A stretch of DNA of 64,000 bases, taken from contig JAAILG010001067.1 of assembly GCA_012026655.1 (NCBI GenBank), forward strand, positions 1 to 64,000, given 5' to 3'. Positions 40,245 through 52,232 of the stretch are shown piece by piece; position 1 is the first letter of the stretch, and every line of letters begins with the position of its first letter. Under the pieces are notes generated by a model, which worked only from the letters and a program-made list of their open reading frames with translations, had not been told where the DNA came from and searched no databases. This stretch comes from Hydrolagus affinis (Eukaryota). Position numbers and translations under genes: made by a program.

Positions 40245-40792
40245 TCACACCACCGGCCGCCAAAACTCATACATGCATTCATAACATCCATGGTTCATTA
40301 TGCAAACCCCACACTTGTTGGCCTCCCCAACTCCCTTCAAAGCCTGCAGATTGTCCAGAACTCTGGCTCGTGTTCTCACTCGCACTAGGCTCTGTGACCT
40401 TATCACCCACACCCGTACCCAAATCCACTGACTTCCCGTCACACAGAGTTCAATATCCTGGTCACCTTCAAAGCCCTTCATGGCCTTCCTTCCCACTACC
40501 TCTACGACCATCAACATGCTCGCTCAATGGGCACTGGCCTGCTTCAAATTCCCCGCCACACCTGCCCCACTAATGGTGAGCGGGCCTTCAGCTATTCTGC
40601 CCCCACCCCTTCTTCAAGACCCACCTCAAGACCCTCCTCTTTGGCCATGCTTTCTTTCGATCAACCTCCTTTCCTCTCCCTCTCCCCCTCCCCATTCCCT
40701 ACCCCCATCTCAGGTCCGGGGAAGTCTGTCCAATGCCTTGGGATGTCCACTCAATGTGAAAGGCATTTATACAAATGTAATTTTGTTGTTTT
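40245..40792 (+). mobile_element. L2-clade LINE 3' fragment (ORF2 C-terminus and tail)
   Basis: Degenerate LQIVQNSLARVLTRTR ... motif, pyrimidine-rich 3' UTR, tail GTGAAAGGCATTTATACAAATGTAATTTTGTTG. Confidence 0.78.
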
Positions 40793-43700
40793 CGATCACT
40801 TTTGGTGATGGAGGTATTTGCCTCTGAAGTTGGAAAGCACCACATTGAATAATGCTAATTGTTGGAGTCACGCATGTTCATTTGAATAAGAGCTTGAGAT
40901 TGTCAGATTTATAAGATAAAACCTGATTTTATTAAGTTGTAAAAAAGAGTGATACTGTAGTTCTTCCTTCTGATATCAGGCTGGCTGTAACTTCCATTTG
41001 GGGTTTATGCCAGGCAGGATTTTAAAATACTACTGAAATTTAGGGTAATGTCATCGTGGAGCTGAACAAACTTATGAAGTAGTTTGCGAAGGTTAAAACC
41101 ATACTATTTCAAGGTTCAAAGTCTTTGTGAATTTATAGAAGGTTCTGCACATGGAAGCTCTCTAGTCGCTTAAGTGAAGCTAGGAGCCAATTGTGTCTAG
41201 ACACATATTTCACGATATGACTGTTAATTTGACATAAAAAGGAAATTACTAAAAAGCCTTTAGGGCTTTAGTGAGTCATTAGGTAGCTTGTCTCTGGATC
41301 CATATTAAAAAAAACAAAATTGACAGACCATTGAGTTTGGAACATCAAAGTTTGCAGTGCATTATGTACAGTAACTAAATCTGACCTTTAAATGTGTTGT
41401 AGGAAAGGTCACAGACTTTTCTACATTTTCATTCCTTATACAGCATTTTTTCGCAATTCTGACAGAGGGTGTATAAAGTAAACTGTGCAATGATCAGTTC
41501 CTATTGAAATTCCAGACCTGCAAATTTGACTCCTGTTTCAGTGTAGTAAAATGTAATAAATGCACAATTTACTTAATTGGAGCCCTCGTTAATATTAAGG
41601 ATTTGTCTAGACTAAAAAGTCTCATTGACCCAGACAACAATGACTTGGATTACTGTGGACCTGCCTAGCTTCACCAGGTTTGTCACTCTGGAGCTAACTC
41701 AACCCCAGGAATCCTCACTTAACATCATTGAAACAATCTTGTTGATCTCTGACCTTGATTTGAAACAGTGGGAAATGGTGGGCTGTGAACACACAATGAA
41801 TGACCTCTGGAACTTTAGAAAGTGCAGTGAAAGGATTGTAGACTGGCATAAATTTACATTGCTTTAGGTGTAAAAATAACAGCTCTATACCAACTATTGA
41901 GTTTTTGAAGTGCTGCGAGACAATACTGAGTCAGTCTGGGACAGGCATACTATCAAGTATCAACTTATTTCCTCTTTATTCTATAAAGTCGATCCTATTG
42001 GTAAATGGGAAAATAGCACTTGAATTTCATAAAGATTGGCAGGGCTCTGGTGTAGTGTTAATGGACCATCCTTTTAGTTCACTTGGAATGCTTGGTTCGC
42101 TGCACACATTCAGGCAGTAAAGATGTCCATAATAACAGAAAAGCTGTATGAAAGAGTCTGATGCCTGTGAGAGAACACTGCTTCTACCTGGTGAGATAGA
42201 GCAGGGTATCAGATAAGTGGTAGTGGAATTATCAGTGTTGATACTTGACGTTCAAGATATTAAGAGTATGAGTAGCTATACACAACAGAAGAGTGGGCCC
42301 TTCTGGCCTTTTAAAGATGCTTTCAGGTGCTCTGGAATTTGTAGTGATCAATACACTTCTTTCAAAATTGTAGAATTGTAATTGAAGTGCAATTTAAAAC
42401 ACCTATTTACTTTGCTGCACATGGCTTTAGTGCTAAACCTTGTAGTAGCAGTACTTACTTACAAATGACACAAAAGATGGGCCATTTGTGTACATATTTA
42501 TTTTTATAATCATTTAGAATGCTTTTTGTCTTAGTTAAACTGTTCTACTTGTGCTCTATAATGAAGAATTAACTGAGCTACCAAACTAGAATCCTTACTG
42601 ACTCAACCACAGTTTCTACAAAAATATTAGATATTCCACCATAGGGACTTGAGGAAAACTAACATCACTTGACATACATCACTTGCCCTCGGCCATCTTT
42701 TATCTGGAATAAAATAGGTGCCGGGTGTAGGACAAAACAATTTAAATTGACCTAGAATTCATTGTCGTGAGAGGCCTGAAAAGGGACCAGATTGGGGTTT
42801 TGTTTAAATCTATTGAGCAGACTCTGGAAACCCAAAGATGCAGCATTGTATGTGATTATAGTTCTGTAAATAACTGGTTTAAGCTCTAAAGATCCACAAC
42901 TGATCATTCAGTATTCAAACAAGAGACATTGCAATCTTATCTTCCTCTTCCTGAAATTGATTCACTTTCTGTGGATATTTCAATACTGTTATTCGTGCCA
43001 AAGTGAATCCACTTTGACTTAAGGCACATTTGAGCTCATCTATTGTTTTCCTGGTGCCATGTGTGAGCAGTTTTTACTATTCTGTGATAAAAACCACCCA
43101 CCTAATCCTAGATACATGTTGTAAACTCTAGACGCTCGGGAGTGAAATCCAAGGTATATTTGGTGTAACACCTGTCTTAACAACAACTCTCATTTATACA
43201 GCTCCCTTCATATAGGGTAGTGTCCCGAGGGAAGGGTACTAAATAAATGCAGTCTATTTTACTAGCCAGGTTCACCAGTATTCAAGCGCATTGTTCCATA
43301 ATTCTTTCAGGAAACAGGAACAGAATGGGAGAGTTTATTGGGAAGGGGGTGTGAGGGAGATTTTCTTCAAGTGATGGTAATCTATATATTGGACAGAACT
43401 CATAATGAGGAAGGAACTTAATATTCTATTGAGTTTCTGCAATGGATTACATGCCCCACTCTCCTCCCCCCAATACTCTTTGCAGGTAACAATTCTTGTA
43501 TTATTGTGAAACAATGTATTAATATTTTGGCTTTGTTGGCAATTTCTATTGCCTGGTTAGGCTGATGGGCAAGAAGTGCTGACGAATCACTAGGAGAATT
43601 GCATGGCAGCCTGGGGCAGCTCACCCACATATTTTTCTCTTCCTTGTAGAAATATCTTGCGCTCTTCTCAACACTTGTATACAATCGAATGGTTAAAACT

Positions 43701-43883
43701 GGGAATTCTCTGTGCAGAATATAAGTACAGTCAGTCAAGCTGTATCACACTGTCCCTGTTTTGTTGCTCCTCCCTGTTTGTTGTCATTTCTTTTGGCTGC
43801 AAAAAATTGTAAATGACTCCAATGATTTTATTGTTTTTCATTTAAGTTTTACTGCCTATTGGGTACTGTAGCTTCAGCGTGTA

Positions 43884-44503
43884 CCGTAAATACCTGCGTA
43901 TAACACGCGCTTTTTTTCACGTTGGAAGATCTCAAAAGTTGGGGGTGCGCCCTATATGCAGGTACAAGAAATTTTGAGCATCGGAAATACGGTACACAGG
44001 AGGGGCGGCCGGCACGCTGTCAGCCGGGGTTTGGACACTGTGTCCAGCGGGGGTTGGGGGGAGCGGGTGACGGGGCTTCGGCCTCGGCCGCCCGGGCAGC
44101 GGCAGCAGCAGCGGACTTCAGTGCCGTGCCTGCTGCTTGCCTTCTGCCGAACCCAGTCTGTCTCCCTCCCCCACTCCCTCCCTCCCTCCCNNNNNNNNNN
44201 NNNNNNNNNNNNNNNNNNNNNNNNNNNNNNNNNNNNNNNNNNNNNNNNNNNNNNNNNNNNNNNNNNNNNNNNNNNNNNNNNNNNNNNNNNCCCTCCCCCC
44301 CTCTCTCTCTCTCTCTCTCTCTTTCTCTCACTGCCTGCCTGCCCTGCCTGCCTCCCTCTCTCCCTCCCTACCTGTCTCTTCTGCCTCCCTCCCTTCTGCC
44401 GGCAATATCATCGAAAATGCTTCCGTTTTTTTTCACCAAGAAAAGGTCAAAAGTGGGGGGTGCGCCTTAAACGCGAGTGCGCCTTATACGCGGATATTTA
44501 CGG
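43884..44503. mobile_element. Tc2/Kanga-like non-autonomous DNA transposon, GC/CpG-rich, spanning an assembly gap
   Basis: TA|CCGTAAATACCTGCGTATAA ... TTATACGCGGATATTTACGG|TA. CCGTA termini with a TA duplication are characteristic of TcMar-Tc2 elements. Confidence 0.8.
44191..44290. other. Assembly gap (100 N), flanked by (CCCT)n/(CT)n
   Basis: A run of exactly 100 N. Confidence 0.99.
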
Positions 44504-45289
44504 TATTCTGATTCTGCAGGCCGGGAATTCGGAGCACAGCTACGGGTTCTGACACTTGTCATTCTTATTTATCTCTTTTGATGTAGAAAAGACTATAAAT
44601 ATTTGGAGGATAAAAAGGTCAATTCTGTACTGTGAGGATGAAACATTTCTAACTTCCCTCTGGTTATGTACAGATAACCAGTTTGCATCAGTGATTAACA
44701 GTCACACTTGACAAATGTAGAGAGAATAGTTTTGGCCTCCTGATAATTGAAGTATTTCATCTCTCCCTCCCACCCCGATGAAAAAAGGCTTGTTCAGTCA
44801 GGCAATCACACAATCTATTTTGTAAATATTTGCCATGTGTTTTTACTTCACAAGGAATGAATGAGTTTTTAATGTTTGCCAGTCTTATTGATTTTTCTAT
44901 CATTATAGTGGAGAAGAGAGGATAACAAAATAACAGTGTTCCAGAGATATTTTGTAGTGTTCAACATCTTATTTATATTAGTGAAGTTTGTGGATATTTG
45001 AATCGTCAGAGAAAACATTGTGGTGGATGGGGAGGACTTTTAGTGGACTGAATGCTCTGAATATCCTCCTGTTCTGCCAATTACTACTTTTTTTGAATGA
45101 CTATTTAGCATTTTATCAGAGCTCAATTTAAAACCAAACTGAAGGAACAGATTCCGTAAATGGATATTTGTTTTTATACCCTGATATCTTCTAAATGAGA
45201 CTGGATGTGTTCGAGAAGAATTTCAATAATCATTAGCCTTCATTAATTGTGGAATTGACTTTCTTATCACTTGTAACCACTGTTTAACA

Positions 45290-45355
45290 AGACGACAACA
45301 ACAAAATTACACTTGTGTAATGTCTTTCACGTCAGGAGGACGTGCCAAGGCACTA
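45290..45355 (-). mobile_element. Isolated L2 tail
   Basis: caacaacaaaattacacttgtgtaatgtctttcacgtcaggaggacgtgccaagg. Confidence 0.7.
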
Positions 45356-45590
45356 GAAACAAGACTGTGGTCATTTAAAATTAAACTGAACATTTATACT
45401 TCTTCCAAGATGAAAATTACCTCTAATTAATATTGACAGTGTTATTGTGATGAGCATTGGTTTTACTCTAAAACAAAATAAAATTATTCTGTGCTGTACA
45501 ATTTTGTGCATCATTCTATGTAATCATATGACAACCTGAGCAATGTCACCTAACTGGAACCGGGGAAGTTTATTCTTAACAGGTTACAAT

Positions 45591-45896
45591 ATAATAATAA
45601 TCCTTGAATTTGATATAGTGCTTTTCGCATCTTCAAAGCACTTTGCAGACTATACTGTGAAGCGAATTGACCGGGAATATTGGGAGCGAAATGCGGCAGC
45701 TAATTGCGCACAGCAGTGTCCCACAAACAGTCGTTGATTGAAATGACCAATTTTATTGTTGTGGTTTTTTTTGAGGGATTATTATTAAGCGTGTGGAGTA
45801 AGGAAACTTGCCCAAGGTTTTGCCCTGACCTACCTGGATTCAAACACAGGTCTCACATTTGTAAGGCGAATTCTCTAACCAGTGAGCTACAGGACT
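45591..45896 (-). mobile_element. Full-length SINE family S
   Basis: ataataataatccttgaatttgatatag ... ctctaaccagtgagctacaggact. Confidence 0.9.
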
Positions 45897-46264
45897 CCGT
45901 GTTTTAGGTTTACAATACTATAAGTACATCAACTATACCTTGTTTTGTTTTCTTTTTGCTACAGTTCCACTCCAAGGGTAATTATAATCACTTCCCAAAT
46001 GTCATATTTCATGTGTGTGCCTAAACTATGAATGTAGACTACTTACCAATGATTGACAAGAGCAGAACCTTGGCTGGCTTGTGCATATGTATTTTTTGTC
46101 TTCCATAGTTAGGATGTTGCAGCCAATTGAAGCTCTCTGATTGCTCCCCCAGCTGAGAGAATGATTTGTACATTTGCCATATAGCCCGATCTTGTCAAGA
46201 CAATCTCTTCATAATAATTAATAAGTGCAGTGACTGTATTTGTCTTGCTTGCAGTGTCAGGGAT

Positions 46265-46520
46265 TGGGTGACCAAATACAAATGGGAGATTGTTGGCCGG
46301 GAGCCTGAACGAACTCCCTTGTCTTTTTTAATAAAGTTCATGAGTTCTTGAATAGGTAGATGAGATCTCAGTTTAAGATTTCATGTGAAGGACGCCATTC
46401 CCCAAACAATGCAGAGCTAACTCCCTGAGCATCAGCTTATAGGACTATGAATTCAAAGTCCCCAATGTAGTGCTGAACATACATACCATCTTCAAATCTA
46501 CCGACTGAGCCAGGCTGGCT
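46265..46520 (-). mobile_element. Ancient Deu-domain SINE remnant (AmnSINE1/SacSINE1-like)
   Basis: ttggccgggagcctgaacgaactcccttgtctt ... ctcagtttaagatttcatgtgaaggacg ... ctaccgactgagcc resembles my recollection of the reverse-complemented DeuSINE core; not verified by search. Confidence 0.55.
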
Positions 46521-46915
46521 TCTAATTGCCTAACTGCACAGACAAAGGGTTGAACCTGGAAAGTTTCTGGCCTGCATAGCTAATAACTACACAATAATGT
46601 CTTTATCCGAAGAGCCATCGGGGAGCTTCTTTTCAACATCTGTGCTCACAATTCAACTAAGCAGTTTATCAAATCAAATGCTCTTGATGTTGCACTACTT
46701 TGAGGTTTGATCTGTGCGTGGGTAAACTTTTCTGATTCTTTCAGGAGATTTCCCCTTTGGCAATTTGTTTGCATTGCAGATCCAGAAAGAAATTTGAATG
46801 TCAAAACGAATGCCTAGGGTAGATTTACTGTTGCTTGACCTCCAATGTCAAATGCCTTTTCTAAATTTAAGGTATCCTTATTTCCAATAAAATAGTTTTT
46901 CTTTGTTTGTAATAA

Positions 46916-47424
46916 CGGTAAAAGCCCATTTATCCAGCACCCTTGGGACCTAGCCAAAGCTAGTTAAATGACATGCCAGATATTCGGGTGCATCCAACGA
47001 CGAAAACCCAACACAAATTTTTTAAACTTATTTTAACACATACCATATTAATAAATAGACTAAATAATGACAGATAATATTTATTTTTCACCTAAAAATT
47101 AACCTAAAAATCACCTTTGCGGGTAGATGCATGGTTTGAAGCCATGATGCTGGGGTAGAGGTATACAGTCTATCTTCTACAATGGCCGGCATAAGAGAAA
47201 AGGCTCCATTAGTGGCAAGCTGAAATACCATCGCGAGGGAAAAAAAATGACAGCGCCACCTTCAGGCACTAGTAGCAGCATTCCGAAATACCGATAAGAG
47301 GGAAAAAAAAGTGACACGATTGTGCCGGATAAGATCCGGTTATTCGAATGGGGACCTTTCTTTTGAGGTGCTGGTTATATGGAAGTTACGGTTGATCGGT
47401 TCATGAATAAATAGGCTTTTACCG
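46916..47424. mobile_element. Tigger-like MITE (family A), opposite orientation to 37406-38138
   Basis: CGGTAAAAGCCCATTTATCCAGCAC ... GAATAAATAGGCTTTTACCG|TA. Subterminal blocks (gtgctggttatatggaagt; actaaataatgacagataat) reverse-complement those of the 37406 copy. Confidence 0.82.
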
Positions 47425-47452
47425 TAGTTGTTTTTTTTTAACCTTTATGAGA

Positions 47453-47777
47453 AGTCCTGTAGCTTAGTGGTTAGAGCACTCGCCTTGCAAGCGAGAGACT
47501 TGAGTTCACTTCCCAGCAAAACCTTGAGTTCACTTCCCAGCCGAAACCTTGGGCAAGTTGCCATACTCCACACATGCATCTGATAATAATCCCTTGAAAA
47601 AATTCAATGATAAATTTGTCACTCAATTCATGACTGTTTATGAGACACTGTTGTGCACAATTGACTGCTGCATTTCGCCCACAAATATACTGTCATTACT
47701 TTACAGCATATTCTGTGAAGTGCTTTGAGACGTCTAGAAGACGTGAAAAGTGCTATATAAAATAATAATTATTATTA
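47453..47777 (+). mobile_element. Full-length tRNA-derived SINE (family S) with L2-type tail
   Basis: Head AGTCCTGTAGCTTAGTGGTTAGAGCACTCGCCTTGCAAGCGAGAGACTTGAGTTCACTTCCC carries Pol III A- and B-box-like motifs. Tail TGTGAAGTGCTTTGAGACGTCTAGAAGACGTGAAAAGTGCTATATAAA followed by (TTA)n. Confidence 0.9.
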
Positions 47778-48371
47778 CCCTCAGAGCCTTGGGAAGTCCC
47801 AACATGAAAGGTGCTCTACAAATGTAATTTTGTTGTTATCCAATAGGGAATCGAAAATGGTGTTCCAAAATCATGACCACTGTGGTATCTTAAGTTGGAT
47901 GGGTTAGCTTCTAGAAATAATGTAGTTAAAATTCTAAAATTAAGCAGCTTCTCCCTTATCAAGGAATGGTTGTTTTTCTCAAAATTCAACTGCAATTTGG
48001 TAATTAATATTGGGGCCTCATTATGGAATTCCTTGTTTGCAACTGATGGAAAATGCAATTGAATATGAAGGTTTTCCTTTTTGCCAATGCATCTTAAATC
48101 ACTTGTATTACATAATGTTAAGAGAATGTTCACAATGATTTGGTTAAAAAAATTTCTATTGAGCAGATAATAATCCAAACAATGTGTAAGGAGAAAGAAC
48201 TAAATTAATGCATTCCAACACATGTTTCATGTAAGTCATTTGCACACTCTTTCAATTGGGTAATTATTGTGGCACATTTTCACTTAAAGCTAGTATTGTA
48301 CCACTGCAGTTAACTCTGCCTAGATAAATTTAAGTGTTTTTGTAGGAGAATGCTAAATAGATTTTTGAGCC

Positions 48372-48701
48372 CAATAATAGTAATCCTTGCATTTGATATA
48401 GCGCTTTTCACATCTTATCAACGTCCCAAAGCTATACAAATATACTGTAAAGTGAATTGACTGTATATTTGTGGGCGAATCGCGGCAGCCAATTGCGCAC
48501 AGCAGTGTCCCACAAACAGTCGGGAATTGAAATGACCAATTTTTTTTATTGTGGTTTTTTTGGCCGGATTATTATTAGGGATATGGAGTAAGGAAACTTT
48601 CCCAAGGTTTCGCCCTGACCTGCCTGGATTTGAACACAGGTCTCCCCAGCTAGGTCTCCCCAGTTTGCAAGACAAGGGCACTCACCACTAAGTCACAGGA
48701 G
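48372..48701 (-). mobile_element. Near full-length SINE family S
   Basis: Tail at 48372 and tRNA-like head at about 48620-48701; internal duplication of AGGTCTCCCCAG. Confidence 0.88.
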
Positions 48702-49987
48702 CTCCAATCACCTTCAATTAGATAATCTAGTTAAAAAATACCGGACAGGTTGGTGAGATGGGTCACTTTCCACTGAAGAAAGGCTTGGCTGGAGGCAAGC
48801 ACAAAAGGACAACGCAAGCTTCACCCTCAGCTGCACATTATCTGAAGCTGATGTGTGGTGACATGTACTGCATGGTCAGCCATAACAAGATTTTGGCTGC
48901 AGGCCATTCTGAGATTTCAAGTATCACTATGTCAGCTTTGATTGCTTAAACTTTTGTTGAGGTTGCAGCAGTCTTTTCTGTTTAGAGGTGGACTGAAATG
49001 TGCATATTGTAATTTTTCCCAGTGTTAAGTTATCGTAATTGAGTTTTTCTTCCATAAATTTGGATCTGTGCATTTCTTCTGAATGTGAATTGTTTGGGAA
49101 AAAATATTAGGAATAGCTTGGTAGCCTAAATGGAAGAGGGGAGTATACTCTGGATTTGTGGAATGTGTACAATAATGTGCAGTACTTGAGGCTTGGACTG
49201 AAACAGTGTATAAACTGCTGGGAGGTTGTGTAAGTGACCGTTTCTGAGCTCGATGGATTTGCAATTGTTCAGCTCCCATATCGTTTTGAAATAAAACCTA
49301 ATACATTTTGGAATAAAACTTTCTAGTATTATAAGAAGCTAAGTAATAATGCTAACAAGTACTTAAAACATAATGTTAATTAAACACCTAAAATGCTTTT
49401 TCTAGGTTCTTGCCTGTCATTAGTATGTTCTCACATCTCCTTTTTGTTATTACTGAAATTTGTCCCCACCTGCTTCTCCCTTTTGACTAATCTATCTGGT
49501 CTTCTTAATATCATCCCCGTTGATTTGTTTAAACCATTTTGTTTGCTTTTTCTTTATGGTATGTAGTATTTAACTATTTTCATTTTATGGTGTTTCTGTT
49601 CTGGGCTGACGTCACAAACCCCTTTTTTTTTTGGTGGATGACTAAGCCATATTGCTTGTTATTTTTATGATAATTTACATCCAATATGTGGCACTCCAAA
49701 CCTTTGGAGGCTTCTGCAATAAACGCAACCACTTTAGTTGGCTGCTTCATCATCACAAAATAATTTTAAGAGTAAATAGATTAACAATGAAATGTCAGCT
49801 GCTGAAAAATGAAATTGTTAGAGCATATTAATTTTTCCTATATTTGATTTTAATGGAAGCAGTCAGATTTGTATTTCTTTTCTCTCTTGACCATTGATTG
49901 TCATTTTATGCTATTTTGTTAAGTGAACAATGAATTAGCTTACAATTTGGGGCACTGTAAACTTAATTGTTTGCAGTAGAATAAAAA

Positions 49988-50096
49988 TGATAATCCTTTA
50001 TCTGTAAATTTGATATATTGAATTATCACATTGTTGAGACGCCTCAAAGCGCTTCACATGTTATGTAAAGTGAATTGACTATTTTGGGGGCGAAAC
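49988..50096 (-). mobile_element. Diverged SINE family S tail
   Basis: gacgcctcaaagcgcttcacatg ... aaagtgaattgactattttgggggcgaaa. Confidence 0.65.
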
Positions 50097-51859
50097 AGTA
50101 GAGAAATGGTCCAGTTTGGACTGCCTTGTATCTTCCATTCCCACTGTTTTTCAAGTTGAATTTCTGTCTGATTATTGCAGTTTGTTTCAGTAGGTTGAGC
50201 ACTTCAAGTTGAGGTTTTGCCTTATTCAAATATTATGATCTTCTTGCCTTTCTCTCATACAACAAAATGGCACATCAGTAAACCGCGGTAGATATTTGGA
50301 GATGGGGATTCTTGGAAATTGTTTTGCTCATTTTAGATTCTGGGTGTGATTTCCATATTGGGGGTTCCACCCTGCTACTGAGAAAATATGCCAATCATTT
50401 AATTTTTTTTCTATTAGAAGCCATGGCATGTAAGTCTGTTGATCGTTGGAGAGCCGCCATTGCTTGGTGTTGAATCAAAATATAATATATAAGGCTGATA
50501 CATTTCTCATCTTTATTTTGTTGTTGTAAAAGAAAAGATATGATCTGTTGGAGCCAGCAAAGACAAATCCCAAATTAAATTTCAGTTGTATTTTGTTATT
50601 TTTAATGCAAAGCAAATCACTTGTCCAAATTGATATTAATATTTACAGCAGCTTTTGATGATATCTCACTTATCCACTAGAGCAATTCAATATGTTGTGC
50701 TAAATCAATATAAGCTTTATTTTATAATGTTTGAGTAGTTGGAGAACTGCCAAAGAGAGAACTCATTAACGTTTAGTGGCTTCTTTAAAAACCTAATTAA
50801 TGTATAGTCTTACCTGCATGTAGTCTGATGAAATTGCTCCCTTGCTGAATTTTGGCTGTTGAAGCTGACTCAGTGGTGGTGGGTGGCAGGAAATTGTGTT
50901 CTCTGTGCAGTTAGTTCTTGTAAATTCATCATCTTTTTGAATTGTCTTTAGCAGCCTACGTATTTATTGCGACAGTTGAATATGTTTCCTTTGTTTCATT
51001 ATTGATTCCTGTGTAAAATGCTTTGGAATAAATTGCCACAATTAGTTTTTTTATTATGTACATGTCAGATGTGGATTCAGAACATCTCTTGTACCGAAAA
51101 AGTCAAGCCTTATGCAACTTTAGCTTCACTTTCATTTATTTAAGATTTTGTCTCTCCTCTCCCCCCCACCCACACTACCCTATTTTTTTTGCAGCAGCAT
51201 CTCTTACATACTGCTCAATATTAGGGCATACTACAGTTCTCTAACAATACCAGAACTGTGTAATGGTCCTATTTACTTTGCAAGAGTGGTCTCTACTGAT
51301 CCACTAGCAATATGGAAACATCTGCACACAAGAGGTTGTTTCCGCAGTTGTGAGTTTCAACTATTTTCCACACAGACCGGCAATGTGCAAGCTGCTCAGC
51401 CTGTTTGTAGACAAAAATAATGGCAGTCTGCGATAGGTGAGAATTATTTACTTGCTACAGCCAGCTGCAAGAGGTATCATGGAAACCACCTCTGGAAAAA
51501 GAGTTGCAATTCAGGCTCACTCATACTGATTTCTATTTCAACATTATCTAGACAGTTTCTTTAAGCAGCCTAGGTCCCAATGAGATGAGTTATTTTTTTT
51601 AACGTATTATCTAATTCACTTTTGAAATGCACTATAAAAGTCTGCCCATTTTTAAATTAATTTTTTAAATCCTCTCACTGTCTTATTTTTTCGGGAAGTT
51701 AGAAGAATTGATTGTTAGGCACTATATAAATCCAAGTTGCTGTTGTTAGCTCTGATTGTTAACCTATCTGAATGGATTTAGCAGGTTTTAAACAGCAGCT
51801 AAAATAGTATAGCTATAAACCAGCTTTATAGCTGTACCATTTAAGGTGCTGTTTACTCC

Positions 51860-52232
51860 CTACCACTACCAACCAACCTGCCCACGCCCCCGTTCAGTGG
51901 GCTCTGGTCTGCTCCATGCCTCCCATCCGACCCGCCCTACCATCGGTGGGCTTTCAGCCTCTCTGCTGCCTGGAACTCCATCCCACAGTCCCTTCAGCTC
52001 AATTCCTCCTTTGCCTCCTTCAAAATCCTCCTTTTCGATCGTGCCTTCTGCCGTCCTCCCAGCTCTCTTGTTACCCTTACCCTCCCCCTCCCCCTCCCCC
52101 ATGCTCGGGTCCCGTCCGGTGTGGAGGGTGCTATATAAATCGAAGTTGTTGTTGTCCCGACCCCTGACTGTTCAGCACCTTGAGACGTTCTCCCAACATG
52201 AACGGCGTTCTATGAATATAATTTTGTTGTTT
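51860..52232 (+). mobile_element. L2-clade LINE 3' end with two tandem tails
   Basis: ctttcagcctctctgctgcctggaactccatccc (decayed AFS...WNS.P). First tail gggtgctatataaatcgaagttgttgttg; second tail-like unit at about 52163-52232. Confidence 0.75.

Noticed and set aside
43922-44552. Longest ORFs in the track (182 and 198 aa)
   Set aside because: They run through 100 N and low-complexity GC-rich transposon sequence; artefacts.
47453-47517. tRNA-Ala(TGC)-like gene
   Set aside because: It continues into a SINE body and tail found many times in the window, and the acceptor stem is incomplete; it is a SINE head.
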